From Patescibacteria group bacterium (GTDB lineage Bacteria; Patescibacteriota; Gracilibacteria; Peribacterales; Peribacteraceae): a stretch of DNA of 64,000 bases. Positions 1 to 9,284 of the stretch are shown here, piece after piece. The notes below the pieces were generated by a model. It had not been told where the DNA came from. It was given only the letters and a program-made list of their open reading frames with translations, and did no database searches. A program made the position numbers and the translations under genes. Each line of letters starts with the position of its first letter. Position 1 is the first letter of the stretch. The stretch lies in contig JAHIYH010000041.1 in the NCBI GenBank assembly GCA_018814875.1, positions 13,958 to 77,957 on the forward strand, read 5' to 3'.

Positions 1-45
1 TTTTCTTGTAAACTCTGCACAACACTTCTTTTCACTCAGTGTAAA

Positions 46-156
46 ATGTCTCTTCCAAAAGCTTATGACCCCAAAGGCACAGAAGACCCGACTTCGCTCC
101 TCGCTTCTATCGGAGCTTCGCCGGGCAGGCCGCATCTACAAACTTTTCCAGACTAA
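46..156 (+). pseudogene. Degenerate duplicate of the valS 5' end (36-aa uORF), frameshifted by a 43-nt REP-like insert
   Basis: Reads MSLPKAYDPKGTED-[insert]-RIYKL versus MLPKTYDPQATEDRIYS in valS; its TAA overlaps the valS ATG. Confidence 0.75.
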
Positions 157-2843
157 TGCTTCCTAAAACTTATGATCCACAGGCTACAGAAGACCGTATA
201 TATTCTATGTGGGAGGAATCTGGTGCTTTTAAGGCAGATGCAAGCAGTGATAAAGAACCTTTTACGGTCAGCATGCCGCCACCTAATGCTACAGGGCAGC
301 TACACTTGGGACACGCGGTAATGCTTGCGCTGGAAGATATCTTCACTAGGTTTGCACGTGCACAGGGCAAGGAGGCTCTGTGGTTACCCGGAACTGACCA
401 TGCTGCGATTGCAACGGAGAGTGTGGTGATCAAGAAGATTCAAAAAGAGGAGGGGATTCCTGATCCGCGAGCTTCGCTTGGGCGTGAAGAACTCATAAAG
501 CGCATTGCACACTTTGTATCCGAAAGTCAGGACACTATCAGATCTCAGGTGCGGAAGATGGGATCAAGTTGCGATTGGTCACGTGAGAAGTACACATTAG
601 ATCCATCACTCAATCGATGTGTTAACGAAGTCTTCACCAAGATGTATAAGGATGGGCTCATCTATAGAGGACACAGGATTGTTAACTGGGATCCAAAGAT
701 GCAGACCACAGTTTCTGATGATGAGATTGAGTACGTTGAAGAGAAGGCATCTTTCTATACTTTCCAGTATGGTCCTTTCCAGATTGTAACTTCACGTCCA
801 GAGACTAAGTTTGGTGATAAGTACGTAGTGATGCATCCGGATGATCCGCGATATGAGAAATATGAGAATGGTGATCAGTTTGAGTGCGAGTGGATCAATG
901 GAAAAATCACGGCAACAATCATTAAAGACAAAGTGATCGATATGGAATTTGGGACCGGTTGTATGACCATTACTCCATGGCACGATCATGTAGACTTTGA
1001 TCTGGCAGAACGACACGAATTAGATAAAGAACAGATCATCGACTTTGAAGGGAAGCTACTCCCTATTGCAAATGAGTTCGCAGGAATGCCTATAGAAGAA
1101 GCGCGTACAAAGATTGTGGAGAAGCTTGATAAGAAGGGATTGCTTGTAAGTGTTGATGAGAATTACGTGCACAGAGTTGCAGTTAGTTACCGTGGAAAAG
1201 GGAAAGTGGAGCCGCAAATTAAGGAGCAGTGGTTCATAGATGTGAATAAGCCTGTGATCGAATGGAAAAAGAAGAACATGAGTTTGAAGGAGGTGATGCA
1301 GGATGTGATTCGCAGTGGCGATATCAAGATCATTCCTGATCGATTCGAGAAAGTTTACTTCCATTGGATCGATAACTTGCGTGATTGGTGCGTGTCACGT
1401 CAAATTTGGTGGGGGCATCGTATTCCTGTATGGCACAAAGAAGATAAAGACAGCAAAGAGATGCATGTAGGAGTTCAAGCACCAGAAGGTAAGGGGTGGG
1501 AACAAGATCCAGACACGTTAGATACATGGTTTAGCTCCGGTCTTTGGACGTGGAGTACATTAATCGACCCTGCTCTTGCTGATGATCACTCGTTATCGCT
1601 ACAAGATCTTTTAGATAAGAGCCACGACTTCCAGAAGTTCCATCCAACATCGGTTATGGAAACAGGTTACGACATCCTTTTCTTCTGGGTAGCGCGAATG
1701 ATTTTGATGACGACGTATGCAACAGGTAAAATCCCATTCGAAACAGTATATTTGCACGGTTTGATTCGTACACGTGATGGGGCCAAGATGAGCAAGTCAG
1801 ATCCGGAGACTATGATCGATCCGCTGGATATTATTGAGAAGTATGGGGCAGATGCGTTGCGACTTTCTATGATTGTTGGTCAAAGCCCCGGGAATGATTC
1901 ACGACTCTTTGAAGAAAAGATCGCTGGGTACAGAAACTTTGTAAATAAATTATGGAATGCCTCTCGTTTTGTACTTATGACTTGTGAGAAAGAGGGGATT
2001 AATCCTCATGAGGTCGAAGGTCGAAAAGTCGAAAAGTCGAAAAGTCTTTCGTTGGCTGATAAAGCGTTTCTATCCGAACTACAATTTTTAATACAAGATG
2101 TTACAACTGGCTTAGAACAGTATCGTCTAAGCGAGGTAGGGGAACTAATTTATAGTTTTGTTTGGGGCAATTTCTGCGATTGGTATTTGGAGCTGAGTAA
2201 AGGTCAAGCAAATTGTGATGTACTAGTGCATGTACTTAGAACGATTTTACAGTTATTACATCCTTATTGTCCGTTTATTACCGAGGAGTTGTGGGCAAGC
2301 GTTAAGCCAGATGACTGTAATATATTGATGAAGCAATTGTATCCAAAGGCGAATAAAAAATTAATGGATCATGATGCTTATGATAATTTCCAGAAAATCA
2401 TTGGGGTGATCACTGCAATTCGCAGTATTCGAGCAGATCACGGATTAGATCAGGGCAAGAAGCTTGAGGTGATTGTTCATACAAAAGAGCACAGTGATGT
2501 GTTGGAATCGCAACGCGATCAAATCATGCGCTTGGGGCGTTTGAGTGAGTTAACGATTGATGTGAAGCCACAAACTCATGAGCATGTAGCAAGTATGTTC
2601 CTTAGAGGTATAGAAGTTCATATACCTTTGGAGGGTGTGATCGATTTTGAAAAAGAAAAAGCAAAGCTCACAAAGGAAAAGGAGAATTTGGAGAAGTTTC
2701 TCAAAGGAATTCAGAGCAAGTTAGGTAACAAGAAGTTTGTGAGCAGCGCACCGGAGGAGGTGGTGACTCTGGAGCGTGAGAAACTGGAAAATGCGCAGGA
2801 AAAAATCAAGAAACTCGAAGAGAGATTAAAGGTGTTGGAATAA
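156..2843 (+). CDS. valS: Valine--tRNA ligase
   Basis: PPPNATGQLHLGH, DWCVSRQIWWGH, KMSKS motifs; C-terminal coiled coil. Confidence 0.98.
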   Translation: MLPKTYDPQATEDRIYSMWEESGAFKADASSDKEPFTVSMPPPNATGQLHLGHAVMLALEDIFTRFARAQGKEALWLPGTDHAAIATESVVIKKIQKEEGIPDPRASLGREELIKRIAHFVSESQDTIRSQVRKMGSSCDWSREKYTLDPSLNRCVNEVFTKMYKDGLIYRGHRIVNWDPKMQTTVSDDEIEYVEEKASFYTFQYGPFQIVTSRPETKFGDKYVVMHPDDPRYEKYENGDQFECEWINGKITATIIKDKVIDMEFGTGCMTITPWHDHVDFDLAERHELDKEQIIDFEGKLLPIANEFAGMPIEEARTKIVEKLDKKGLLVSVDENYVHRVAVSYRGKGKVEPQIKEQWFIDVNKPVIEWKKKNMSLKEVMQDVIRSGDIKIIPDRFEKVYFHWIDNLRDWCVSRQIWWGHRIPVWHKEDKDSKEMHVGVQAPEGKGWEQDPDTLDTWFSSGLWTWSTLIDPALADDHSLSLQDLLDKSHDFQKFHPTSVMETGYDILFFWVARMILMTTYATGKIPFETVYLHGLIRTRDGAKMSKSDPETMIDPLDIIEKYGADALRLSMIVGQSPGNDSRLFEEKIAGYRNFVNKLWNASRFVLMTCEKEGINPHEVEGRKVEKSKSLSLADKAFLSELQFLIQDVTTGLEQYRLSEVGELIYSFVWGNFCDWYLELSKGQANCDVLVHVLRTILQLLHPYCPFITEELWASVKPDDCNILMKQLYPKANKKLMDHDAYDNFQKIIGVITAIRSIRADHGLDQGKKLEVIVHTKEHSDVLESQRDQIMRLGRLSELTIDVKPQTHEHVASMFLRGIEVHIPLEGVIDFEKEKAKLTKEKENLEKFLKGIQSKLGNKKFVSSAPEEVVTLEREKLENAQEKIKKLEERLKVLE

Positions 2844-2967
2844 CAGTTCGTGTGGAAATACATTTTGAATTATTCCTGTCATTTTCCCATTTTCGTGGAT
2901 TATTAATGATGTATTCGCGAATGTTATACAGGGATTTTTCGTTTTGGATAATATGGTCAATCATGTG

Positions 2968-2998
2968 TTCGTATTTAGTATTTCGTATTTAGTATTTA
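2968..2998. repeat. TTCGTAT/TTAGTAT 7-mer array; arm downstream of four-helix-bundle gene
   Basis: ttcgtatttagtatttcgtatttagtattt; inverted partner at 3396-3417. Confidence 0.85.
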
Positions 2999-3004
2999 GG
3001 GAAA

Positions 3005-3397
3005 TCACTTGGCAGTTGTGGCAGTTTTTAGTAAACCGTTTAACATTTTTCCGATGCACACTGTTTGTTCGGCAATTTCGGTGAAATATTTTGGTTGCAA
3101 GTATCCAATATCACGTGCCACAAGTAATTGATTTTGAATCTCTGTTAAGGAACCAAGAGCTATCCTATAAAACTGACATTTTTCTTTACTAGATCGCCTG
3201 TTGAATCCTTCGGCGATATTGGAGGTTACAGATACTGCAGCGCGTCTTAGTTGGTTGGTTAATCCGTATGTTTCTTCCTTTGGAAAAGATGTGGTGATTT
3301 TATAGACAGATAGAACGAGCTGATGTCCTTCTTTCCAGGTTCTCAAATCCGTAAAAGATCTTATCTTAGAACTTGTTACAACATTTTTATTTTTCAT
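3005..3397 (-). CDS. Four helix bundle protein (23S rRNA intervening-sequence protein / Avd-like family)
   Basis: SFTDLRTW, FPKEETYGLTNQLRRAAVSVTSNIAEG, IALGSLTE family signature. Confidence 0.93.
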   Translation of the reverse strand: MKNKNVVTSSKIRSFTDLRTWKEGHQLVLSVYKITTSFPKEETYGLTNQLRRAAVSVTSNIAEGFNRRSSKEKCQFYRIALGSLTEIQNQLLVARDIGYLQPKYFTEIAEQTVCIGKMLNGLLKTATTAK

Positions 3398-3416
3398 ACG
3401 GAATACGAAATACGAA

Positions 3417-4031
3417 TTAATATTTCCTAATCACCCCTCTTACAACACCAGCAATCTGCAATTCTTCTACTGCGTACATATCAGGGTATTCAGGGTTCTC
3501 TGCTTGTAGATAGTATTTTCCTTTGTTCTTCTTTAGACGTTTTAATGTGAATTCTCCGTCCAATACACCAATGACAATATCATTTATTTTTGGTTCCTGA
3601 CCCTTCTCTGCTACCACCAGATCTCCTTCGTGAATTCCAGCTTCTATCATGCTGTCGCCTTTTACACGTAGAAGGAAAGTGGAATCTTTATCCCCGACGA
3701 TGTAGTTATCAAGTGTTAACATTTCCTCTGCTTGTTCCTCAGCTGTTGCAGCGACTCCTGCGGAGATTGGTCCAAACAATGGGAGCACCATAGGTTCTGG
3801 ACGGTCATCAGCTGGGATAAGATCGATAATCTTAATACGACCTTTTGGATCCTTTTCGATTTGCCCTTCGCGTGCGAGTGCATTCACTACTTTCGCAACG
3901 GCGTTTTTAGATCGGACGCCAAAGGCGAGTGCCAGATCGGATAAAGAAGGCGAGTAACCGCGCTTGGTTTGAAACTCACGGATATAATTAAGAACAGTGC
4001 GTTGATGTGGAGTTAGGGTTGAAGTTGGCAT
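3417..4031 (-). CDS. lexA: SOS repressor LexA
   Basis: N-terminal wHTH, Ala-Gly cleavage site (ISAG), S24 peptidase motifs GDSM and TLKR. Confidence 0.93.
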   Translation of the reverse strand: MPTSTLTPHQRTVLNYIREFQTKRGYSPSLSDLALAFGVRSKNAVAKVVNALAREGQIEKDPKGRIKIIDLIPADDRPEPMVLPLFGPISAGVAATAEEQAEEMLTLDNYIVGDKDSTFLLRVKGDSMIEAGIHEGDLVVAEKGQEPKINDIVIGVLDGEFTLKRLKKNKGKYYLQAENPEYPDMYAVEELQIAGVVRGVIRKY

Positions 4032-4096
4032 GGCATGAATTGGGGAAGGACACGCCTACATCCTGTGTGTAAAATTTCGGTGGGCAGGCGTCCACC

Positions 4097-4125
4097 ATAA
4101 TAGGTGTACGATCGTGCACAGTCAA
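4097..4125 (-). promoter_or_regulatory. lexA sigma70 promoter with a palindromic candidate operator in the spacer
   Basis: TTGACT-17-TATTAT on minus strand; GTGTACGATCGTGCAC at 4104-4119. Confidence 0.7.
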
Positions 4126-4197
4126 TAGAGGTTGGGGAAGACAATCACCTCCGTTCATTGCCACGTATACAAGTGGTTAGTGTAGAGAGGAATGTAA

Positions 4198-4350
4198 GGA
4201 AGGTCAGAAGGTCGAAAAGTCGAAAGGTCAGAAGGTTGAAAAGTCGAAAGGTCAGAAGGTCGAAAGGTCGAAAGGTAAGAAGGTCGAAAGGTCGAAAGGT
4301 CAGAAGGTCGAAAAGTCGAAAGGTCAGAAGGTCGAAAGGTCGAAAGGTCA
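4198..4350. repeat. 8-mer array (AAGGTCAG/AAGGTCGA/AAAGTCGA) with 24-nt higher-order period
   Basis: About 19 units seen directly; same motif occurs inside valS at 2011-2046. Confidence 0.95.
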
Positions 4351-4375
4351 AATGTTAACTGTCAAATGTTAACTG

Positions 4376-4405
4376 CCTGCCGGCCGTAGCCTTGGCGAAG
4401 GCTGG
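4376..4405 (+). repeat. REP-like hairpin, simple form CCTG-CCGGCC-GTAG-CCTTGG-CGAA-GGCTGG
   Basis: Hairpin with internal loop; related copies across the window. Confidence 0.85.
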
Positions 4406-5338
4406 TTAGCTGTTGGCCGTCATCTCAATAACATCCAATTCCTTCAATTTACCAAGTTCCAGATAAGTTAGTGTCCACACTGTTTGTTTGAACACGGCAA
4501 GATAAGCGAAGAAGTAGCTGGCAACTCCAACAAGTGCGAGACCCAGAACAGTAGCGATGGAGTAGCCAACTATTGGTGGCATTACCAATGCTAATAGGAA
4601 TCCGATACCTATTACGATACCTGGAATAAGGAGAACCATCACAACATTCAGAACAACTCTGAGTACTATTACAAAGAAGAGTAGAAGTAGAAATACGATC
4701 TGACCCAAGTAACTGATTACCATTTTTAAACTCTGTTTAAGGGCTCGTCCGACACCGATTCGATTGTTGTCTTCATCTCTGCAGATGACTACCGCTTCTT
4801 CGGCAAAGATGCAGAAGAACTGGAAGATGTTGGATAATATATAGAAGATTACGAGGATGCCTATAGCAAATGGTGCTACTCCTCCTCCATATCGCAGTAG
4901 AATAGATGAGATGGTTATGATTACGGTTATTCTACCCAAGAAGAACATTTCATGAATCGCAAAGATTGGGAAGAAATTGTAAACAGCAAGAACCAGACCT
5001 CCTTTTACTTCTTCTCCCTTATATGATTTGGCGGCCAGACCAATGATCGCACCGCGAGAGAGGTTAGGCAAAAGCCATTCAATAATAAGCAGGATTATGA
5101 GTGTAATAATAAACGTCAAAAATAACCAGAATGGTACATGTTCCATTAATGTTGCTTCTACAGTAAAGAAACCAATGGGATCTCCCTTCCAATATGAAAT
5201 AGCAAACCACACCTGATAGATTAGAAGTTTGATATTAAGAAGCGTTTCGGCAATAGCAGCAGCATATCCCCATCGCCTAATCGGACGCTCCTTTTTTGTA
5301 ATGGCCCAAGCCTTGGCTATGATTTCGCGAGGTGTCAT
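4406..5338 (-). CDS. Hypothetical polytopic membrane protein
   Basis: 310 aa with multiple hydrophobic segments; translationally coupled to the LCP gene. Confidence 0.8.
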   Translation of the reverse strand: MTPREIIAKAWAITKKERPIRRWGYAAAIAETLLNIKLLIYQVWFAISYWKGDPIGFFTVEATLMEHVPFWLFLTFIITLIILLIIEWLLPNLSRGAIIGLAAKSYKGEEVKGGLVLAVYNFFPIFAIHEMFFLGRITVIITISSILLRYGGGVAPFAIGILVIFYILSNIFQFFCIFAEEAVVICRDEDNNRIGVGRALKQSLKMVISYLGQIVFLLLLFFVIVLRVVLNVVMVLLIPGIVIGIGFLLALVMPPIVGYSIATVLGLALVGVASYFFAYLAVFKQTVWTLTYLELGKLKELDVIEMTANS

Positions 5339-6882
5339 TATTTTTCAGTGGAGATGAGAGATTGCAGCGGACTGTAAGAGTAATTCTTTCCAAGTACAAT
5401 TGTGACATCGCGTACTTCTTCTGGTGGGAGTTGTGATGGCATCGAAAGAGTTTTGCTCTTTAATAGAGATGAGAAGAATGGACCGAGATCATCTTCTCCT
5501 TCAGATTCCTTTGTAGGTGTTGCTACAAAAGATTCTTCCTGTTTTTCGAGTGAAGCATTAGCAATAACTTCAACGTTGAATCCATAGCGTGTTAGTTCGG
5601 TTGCCAGTTTGCGTGCGATGCCAGAAGCAGCACCTGCATTGAGTATAGAAATCGAAGGATTCTGGAGATGAATAGATCGATTGTTGAAGAGTAGCTGCTT
5701 GAGAGTAGTGATTTGCTTCCAAGTGACTGGAAATTCTGGAATCGAAACCGGAAGTAACACGGATGCACCTTCAAACAGATCACGCGGAGGTGTGTAAAGG
5801 AATCCTCCCGGTTCAATGAAACTATCATAGAGCGCATTGCGATCACTCAATTGCATTGTGATTACGTTTCCTTTATCTATATCTTTAAGAAGATTCAAAA
5901 GACCAATCATGTCACTGGTTGAAAGAGTTGATTCAACATTGTCATTGTATATCTTTAGGAAATTGAGAAGTGTGCCCGGTTTTTTGATGAGCCCTTCTTC
6001 TTTAGCTTTTTGTGCTAGTGCACGAATCAGCTGTTGCTGACGTGCTGAACGACCAAAGTCACTAGTTGTGTGTCGGCTGCGAGCGTATTTGAGGGCGGTT
6101 GCACCATCTAAGTGATTGAGACCTTTGTAAATTTCAAACGGATCGAATCCAAAGTTGCTGTCTGGGTATTCTGGATCATTGATGTCGTATGGCACTTCTA
6201 TATCTACACCACCAAGTGCATCAACAGCTTCCGTAAAGGCAACAAAGTCCACCTTAATCACGCCATGGATCTGCAGATCCATATGTCGTCCTATTTCATC
6301 ACCAAGTTCCTTGAGTGCTTCTTTTGCAGCAAAAGAGTCATCCATATCTTTCATGTACTTAAGGTATCCTTTGTAATCACGGTAAAAGGTATTCAGTTTT
6401 CCTTTCCCCATCTTTTCCGTGTGAAGCAGATACAAATCTCGTGGGAAGGATAGAAGAACTACGCTATTAGAATTTTTTGCATCGATGCTCGCCACCATGA
6501 GTGTATCCGTCAGATCTTTTCCGTCATGATCGCCGTCACCTTGTCCCATTAATAGTATGTTGGTGAATCCATTCTCGTCAGTAATAGGTGTGGATCCTGT
6601 AATAGATGCCAGTCTAGAGAAACTGATAATCTCTACAGAAAAGATTGCTTGTGCGAGTCCTGCGATTATCACAAATACGACAAATACAGAAACAAGTACG
6701 ATCAAGACGCGTTTGAGTATGCGGATACGCTCTTCTTGAAGTTTCTCCTGCTCTCGTCTTTTCTTCCAATCTTCATACCAATGCAGAAGAGGACGACTGA
6801 GCTCAGCTCCCCAGCCGATAATGGACTTAATAGGAAGAGATCGTTTTGGCTTGTCTTCCTCTATTTTGCGTACGGTAAACAT
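5338..6882 (-). CDS. LCP (LytR-CpsA-Psr) family protein with LytR C-terminal domain
   Basis: TM anchor; LTDTLMV, SFPRDL, ALKYARSRH, SDFGRSARQQ; ILNAG...VLGKNY C-terminus. Confidence 0.92.
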   Translation of the reverse strand: MFTVRKIEEDKPKRSLPIKSIIGWGAELSRPLLHWYEDWKKRREQEKLQEERIRILKRVLIVLVSVFVVFVIIAGLAQAIFSVEIISFSRLASITGSTPITDENGFTNILLMGQGDGDHDGKDLTDTLMVASIDAKNSNSVVLLSFPRDLYLLHTEKMGKGKLNTFYRDYKGYLKYMKDMDDSFAAKEALKELGDEIGRHMDLQIHGVIKVDFVAFTEAVDALGGVDIEVPYDINDPEYPDSNFGFDPFEIYKGLNHLDGATALKYARSRHTTSDFGRSARQQQLIRALAQKAKEEGLIKKPGTLLNFLKIYNDNVESTLSTSDMIGLLNLLKDIDKGNVITMQLSDRNALYDSFIEPGGFLYTPPRDLFEGASVLLPVSIPEFPVTWKQITTLKQLLFNNRSIHLQNPSISILNAGAASGIARKLATELTRYGFNVEVIANASLEKQEESFVATPTKESEGEDDLGPFFSSLLKSKTLSMPSQLPPEEVRDVTIVLGKNYSYSPLQSLISTEK

Positions 6883-6918
6883 TGAAGACAGTCTACCAGA
6901 GAATTTTGATTTTAGAAC

Positions 6919-6967
6919 GATAATGGGGAGTTTACTTTTACGATAAATGTGGCTTGAGATTGTAAAA
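6919..6967 (+). repeat. ~49-bp upstream element, copy 1 (copy 2 at 7668-7717)
   Basis: gataatg-ggagtttactttt--gataaatgtggcttgagattgt-aaa with about 4 mismatches between copies. Confidence 0.85.
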
Positions 6968-7008
6968 AAAGAGGTTTAGAGTTGGGGTGATTTCCCCCTC
7001 TTCTTATC

Positions 7009-7641
7009 ATGAGTACTATGATCGAAAGACTGGTAGCCTCAGGGCGTAACAATGAGTCACTTGCAGAAAATGTAGTAGATCTTATGTCAGAGTTGGTTCA
7101 TGGATCTGCAGTGCCTGTTATACAACAAAGTCGTGATGCAATTATTGAAGCGATAGAAGGTAAATGGGGAAGTCATCATCCTAATCGTCGAGGAGGGAAT
7201 ATCCCCTTAGAAGTTTTTCCTTACAACGAACGGTTTGGATTAGGTATGCAGATTGTTCGGTTGAAAGCATTTCATGCACATGCAGAGCATCCTTCAATTA
7301 ATATTGTAGCTCCTGGAATGGTATTTGCTCTGGAGGGGACGTGTGTTGCGGGTCTACAAACTCGTATAAGGAATCACGTTTCTGTTTTAAGTGAATCTGG
7401 TTTACATCTTGATAAGAGAGAGCAAGATGATCGATTTAATTCTCCTATTCCGCGTAATGCTGACAAAGGTGATGACTTTGATTTTATGATTGGTGATGAA
7501 GAAAGACATCTTGTTGAGACTGGAGTTGGGGTCAATTCTGATTTTATACAGAGCGATTTATTCACTGATATACCTCCGGATAGTGGTATATTTTTCAGAG
7601 AATATATTTTTAGTCGTGATGTTCGTGGGGGGGGGAGATAA
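7009..7641 (+). CDS. Hypothetical protein
   Basis: 210-aa ORF, no recognisable motif. Confidence 0.6.
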   Translation: MSTMIERLVASGRNNESLAENVVDLMSELVHGSAVPVIQQSRDAIIEAIEGKWGSHHPNRRGGNIPLEVFPYNERFGLGMQIVRLKAFHAHAEHPSINIVAPGMVFALEGTCVAGLQTRIRNHVSVLSESGLHLDKREQDDRFNSPIPRNADKGDDFDFMIGDEERHLVETGVGVNSDFIQSDLFTDIPPDSGIFFREYIFSRDVRGGGR

Positions 7642-7760
7642 TTAGAGCAGTGGAATCATTCCAAGATGATAATGCGGAGTTTACTTTTGTGATAAATGTG
7701 GCTTGAGATTGTGAAAATACTGTATTACAGTACGATACTTACTTTCCCCCCTAAATTATT

Positions 7761-7943
7761 ATGTGTCCAGAACAATTTGGTAACGTAATGGATCACACAC
7801 CGTCATCCGCAGATGAACGTAGAGAAGTGAATCAGCTAGGTGGTAACCCTGTTATTTCAACAATAGGTGCTGCTGTATGTGAAATACTAAGGCATCATGA
7901 GTTATTGGATGATGGTATTGAACCAGATCCCGAGCAGCAATAA
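7761..7943 (+). CDS. Short hypothetical ORF, possibly truncated
   Basis: 60 aa; same upstream element as the 7009 ORF; 3' end overlaps the convergent gene. Confidence 0.35.
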   Translation: MCPEQFGNVMDHTPSSADERREVNQLGGNPVISTIGAAVCEILRHHELLDDGIEPDPEQQ

Positions 7944-8663
7944 TAATATCGGTTGATGCACAAGGTAGATCACAAGCGCGTGTTTCCCTGGGAAACTCAG
8001 AAATGTAAGTATGCGATTTGTTGGTTTGGGAATCCTTTTTGGTCGAATATAAAATAAGTCACCAAGCGCGAGGCCTGTCAGAACTATTCCGAACCAAGGA
8101 AGTAGGGGGTAGTAATCGAGAGTGGTGAAGTTGGGTGGAGGGATTCCAAACGGGAGGAAAAGTGAAGAGTGAAAAGTGAAAAGTGAAAAGTTACGAATGT
8201 TCATTCCAAGAATTATGATTAGGGCTGCTATTGCTATATTCCATTCTCTAAGTTTTCTGAAGAAGGGGAGTAGAATTACGCTTACGCCGATCATGTGAAG
8301 AATGCCGAAGCGGATGTATGTTTCTCTGTCCCAGAAATAGGTGACGATGGTTATGAGTAGACCGAATGCGAGGATTGTGAGGCCGCGTTTGAAGTATTTG
8401 TATCGGGTTCCCACCTTCGCTCTACGAGCTTCGGTGGGCAGGCGGGTTCGGGAATGGGTTCGGTCCCAAGAAATCACGAAGCTTATTCCAACGAGTAGTA
8501 GAAAAAGTGTTGCCGTACTAAGTGCAAGGAGCTTCCAGCCTCCTGCAAGTGGATCTAAATCGAAGTTATGGAAAAACGCGAGGTCGTATCCTATGTGATA
8601 AACAATCATCATGACTATGGCGAGAGTTCGCAGGAGGTCGATTTCGATGAAGCGGGATTTCAT
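7902..8663 (-). CDS. DUF1624 / heparan-alpha-glucosaminide N-acetyltransferase-like membrane protein
   Basis: RFIEIDLLRTLAIVMMIVYH, FGILH, DYYPLLPW, LVIYLVHQP. Confidence 0.88.
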   Translation of the reverse strand: MKSRFIEIDLLRTLAIVMMIVYHIGYDLAFFHNFDLDPLAGGWKLLALSTATLFLLLVGISFVISWDRTHSRTRLPTEARRAKVGTRYKYFKRGLTILAFGLLITIVTYFWDRETYIRFGILHMIGVSVILLPFFRKLREWNIAIAALIIILGMNIRNFSLFTFHSSLFLPFGIPPPNFTTLDYYPLLPWFGIVLTGLALGDLFYIRPKRIPKPTNRILTFLSFPGKHALVIYLVHQPILLLLLGIWFNTIIQ

Positions 8664-8690
8664 ATCTGTTATGCTAGTGACATAAAGAGT

Positions 8691-8817
8691 TCAAGGAAAC
8701 CAAGGAAACAAAAGAAACCTAAGAATCCAAAGAAACCAAAGAAACCAAGGAAACCAAAGAAACCAAAGGGACGAGCCTCTTGGTTTCCTTGGATTCTTAG
8801 GTTTCTTTGGATTCCTA
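8691..8817. repeat. Inverted pair of 9-mer arrays (CCAAAGAAA / TTTCTTTGG), empty site; second site at 31688-31810
   Basis: Seen directly; arms separated by a short spacer; abuts the rplL stop. Confidence 0.9.
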
Positions 8818-9240
8818 TTTAAGAGTAACCGTCGCTCCTGCTGCTTCTAGCTTCTTCTTCATATCTTCGGCTTCTGCCTTTGGCACACCTTCTTTTATGA
8901 CCTTAGGAGCACCATCGACTGCTGCCTTGGATTCACCAAGTGCAAGACCGGTAATCTCGCGTACTGCCTTGATCACGGCAATCTTCTGACCACCTGCTGC
9001 CGTTAGCTCTACGTCGTAGTTGCTCTTTTCTGTTTCGCCACCCTCACCACCACCACCAGCAGCACCTGGTGCTGCGGCAACGGCTACGGGAGCTGATGCA
9101 GAAATGCCGTATTCCTGTTCCATAAATTTAACGACATTGTTTAGCTGGACAACATTGAGCTTTTCTAGAGCGTCGATTACAGCCTTCTCCTCTTTTACGA
9201 GGGAGACTTTTTCTTTTGTAGCGGTTGCTTCGTCGGACAT
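8815..9240 (-). CDS. rplL: 50S ribosomal protein L7/L12
   Basis: [31 protein letters not shown]. Confidence 0.97.
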   Translation of the reverse strand: MSDEATATKEKVSLVKEEKAVIDALEKLNVVQLNNVVKFMEQEYGISASAPVAVAAAPGAAGGGGEGGETEKSNYDVELTAAGGQKIAVIKAVREITGLALGESKAAVDGAPKVIKEGVPKAEAEDMKKKLEAAGATVTLK

Positions 9241-9284
9241 ATTGGGTTGGGGAAAATAAAAAGTGAAAAGTTAAAAGTGAAAAG

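Noticed and set aside
3005..3397. Diversity-generating retroelement
   Set aside because: Only an Avd-like fold; no reverse transcriptase or TR/VR pair in the window
4104..4358. ORFs with RKVRRSK / TFRPFDL repeats
   Set aside because: Artefacts of the 8-mer array being open in several frames
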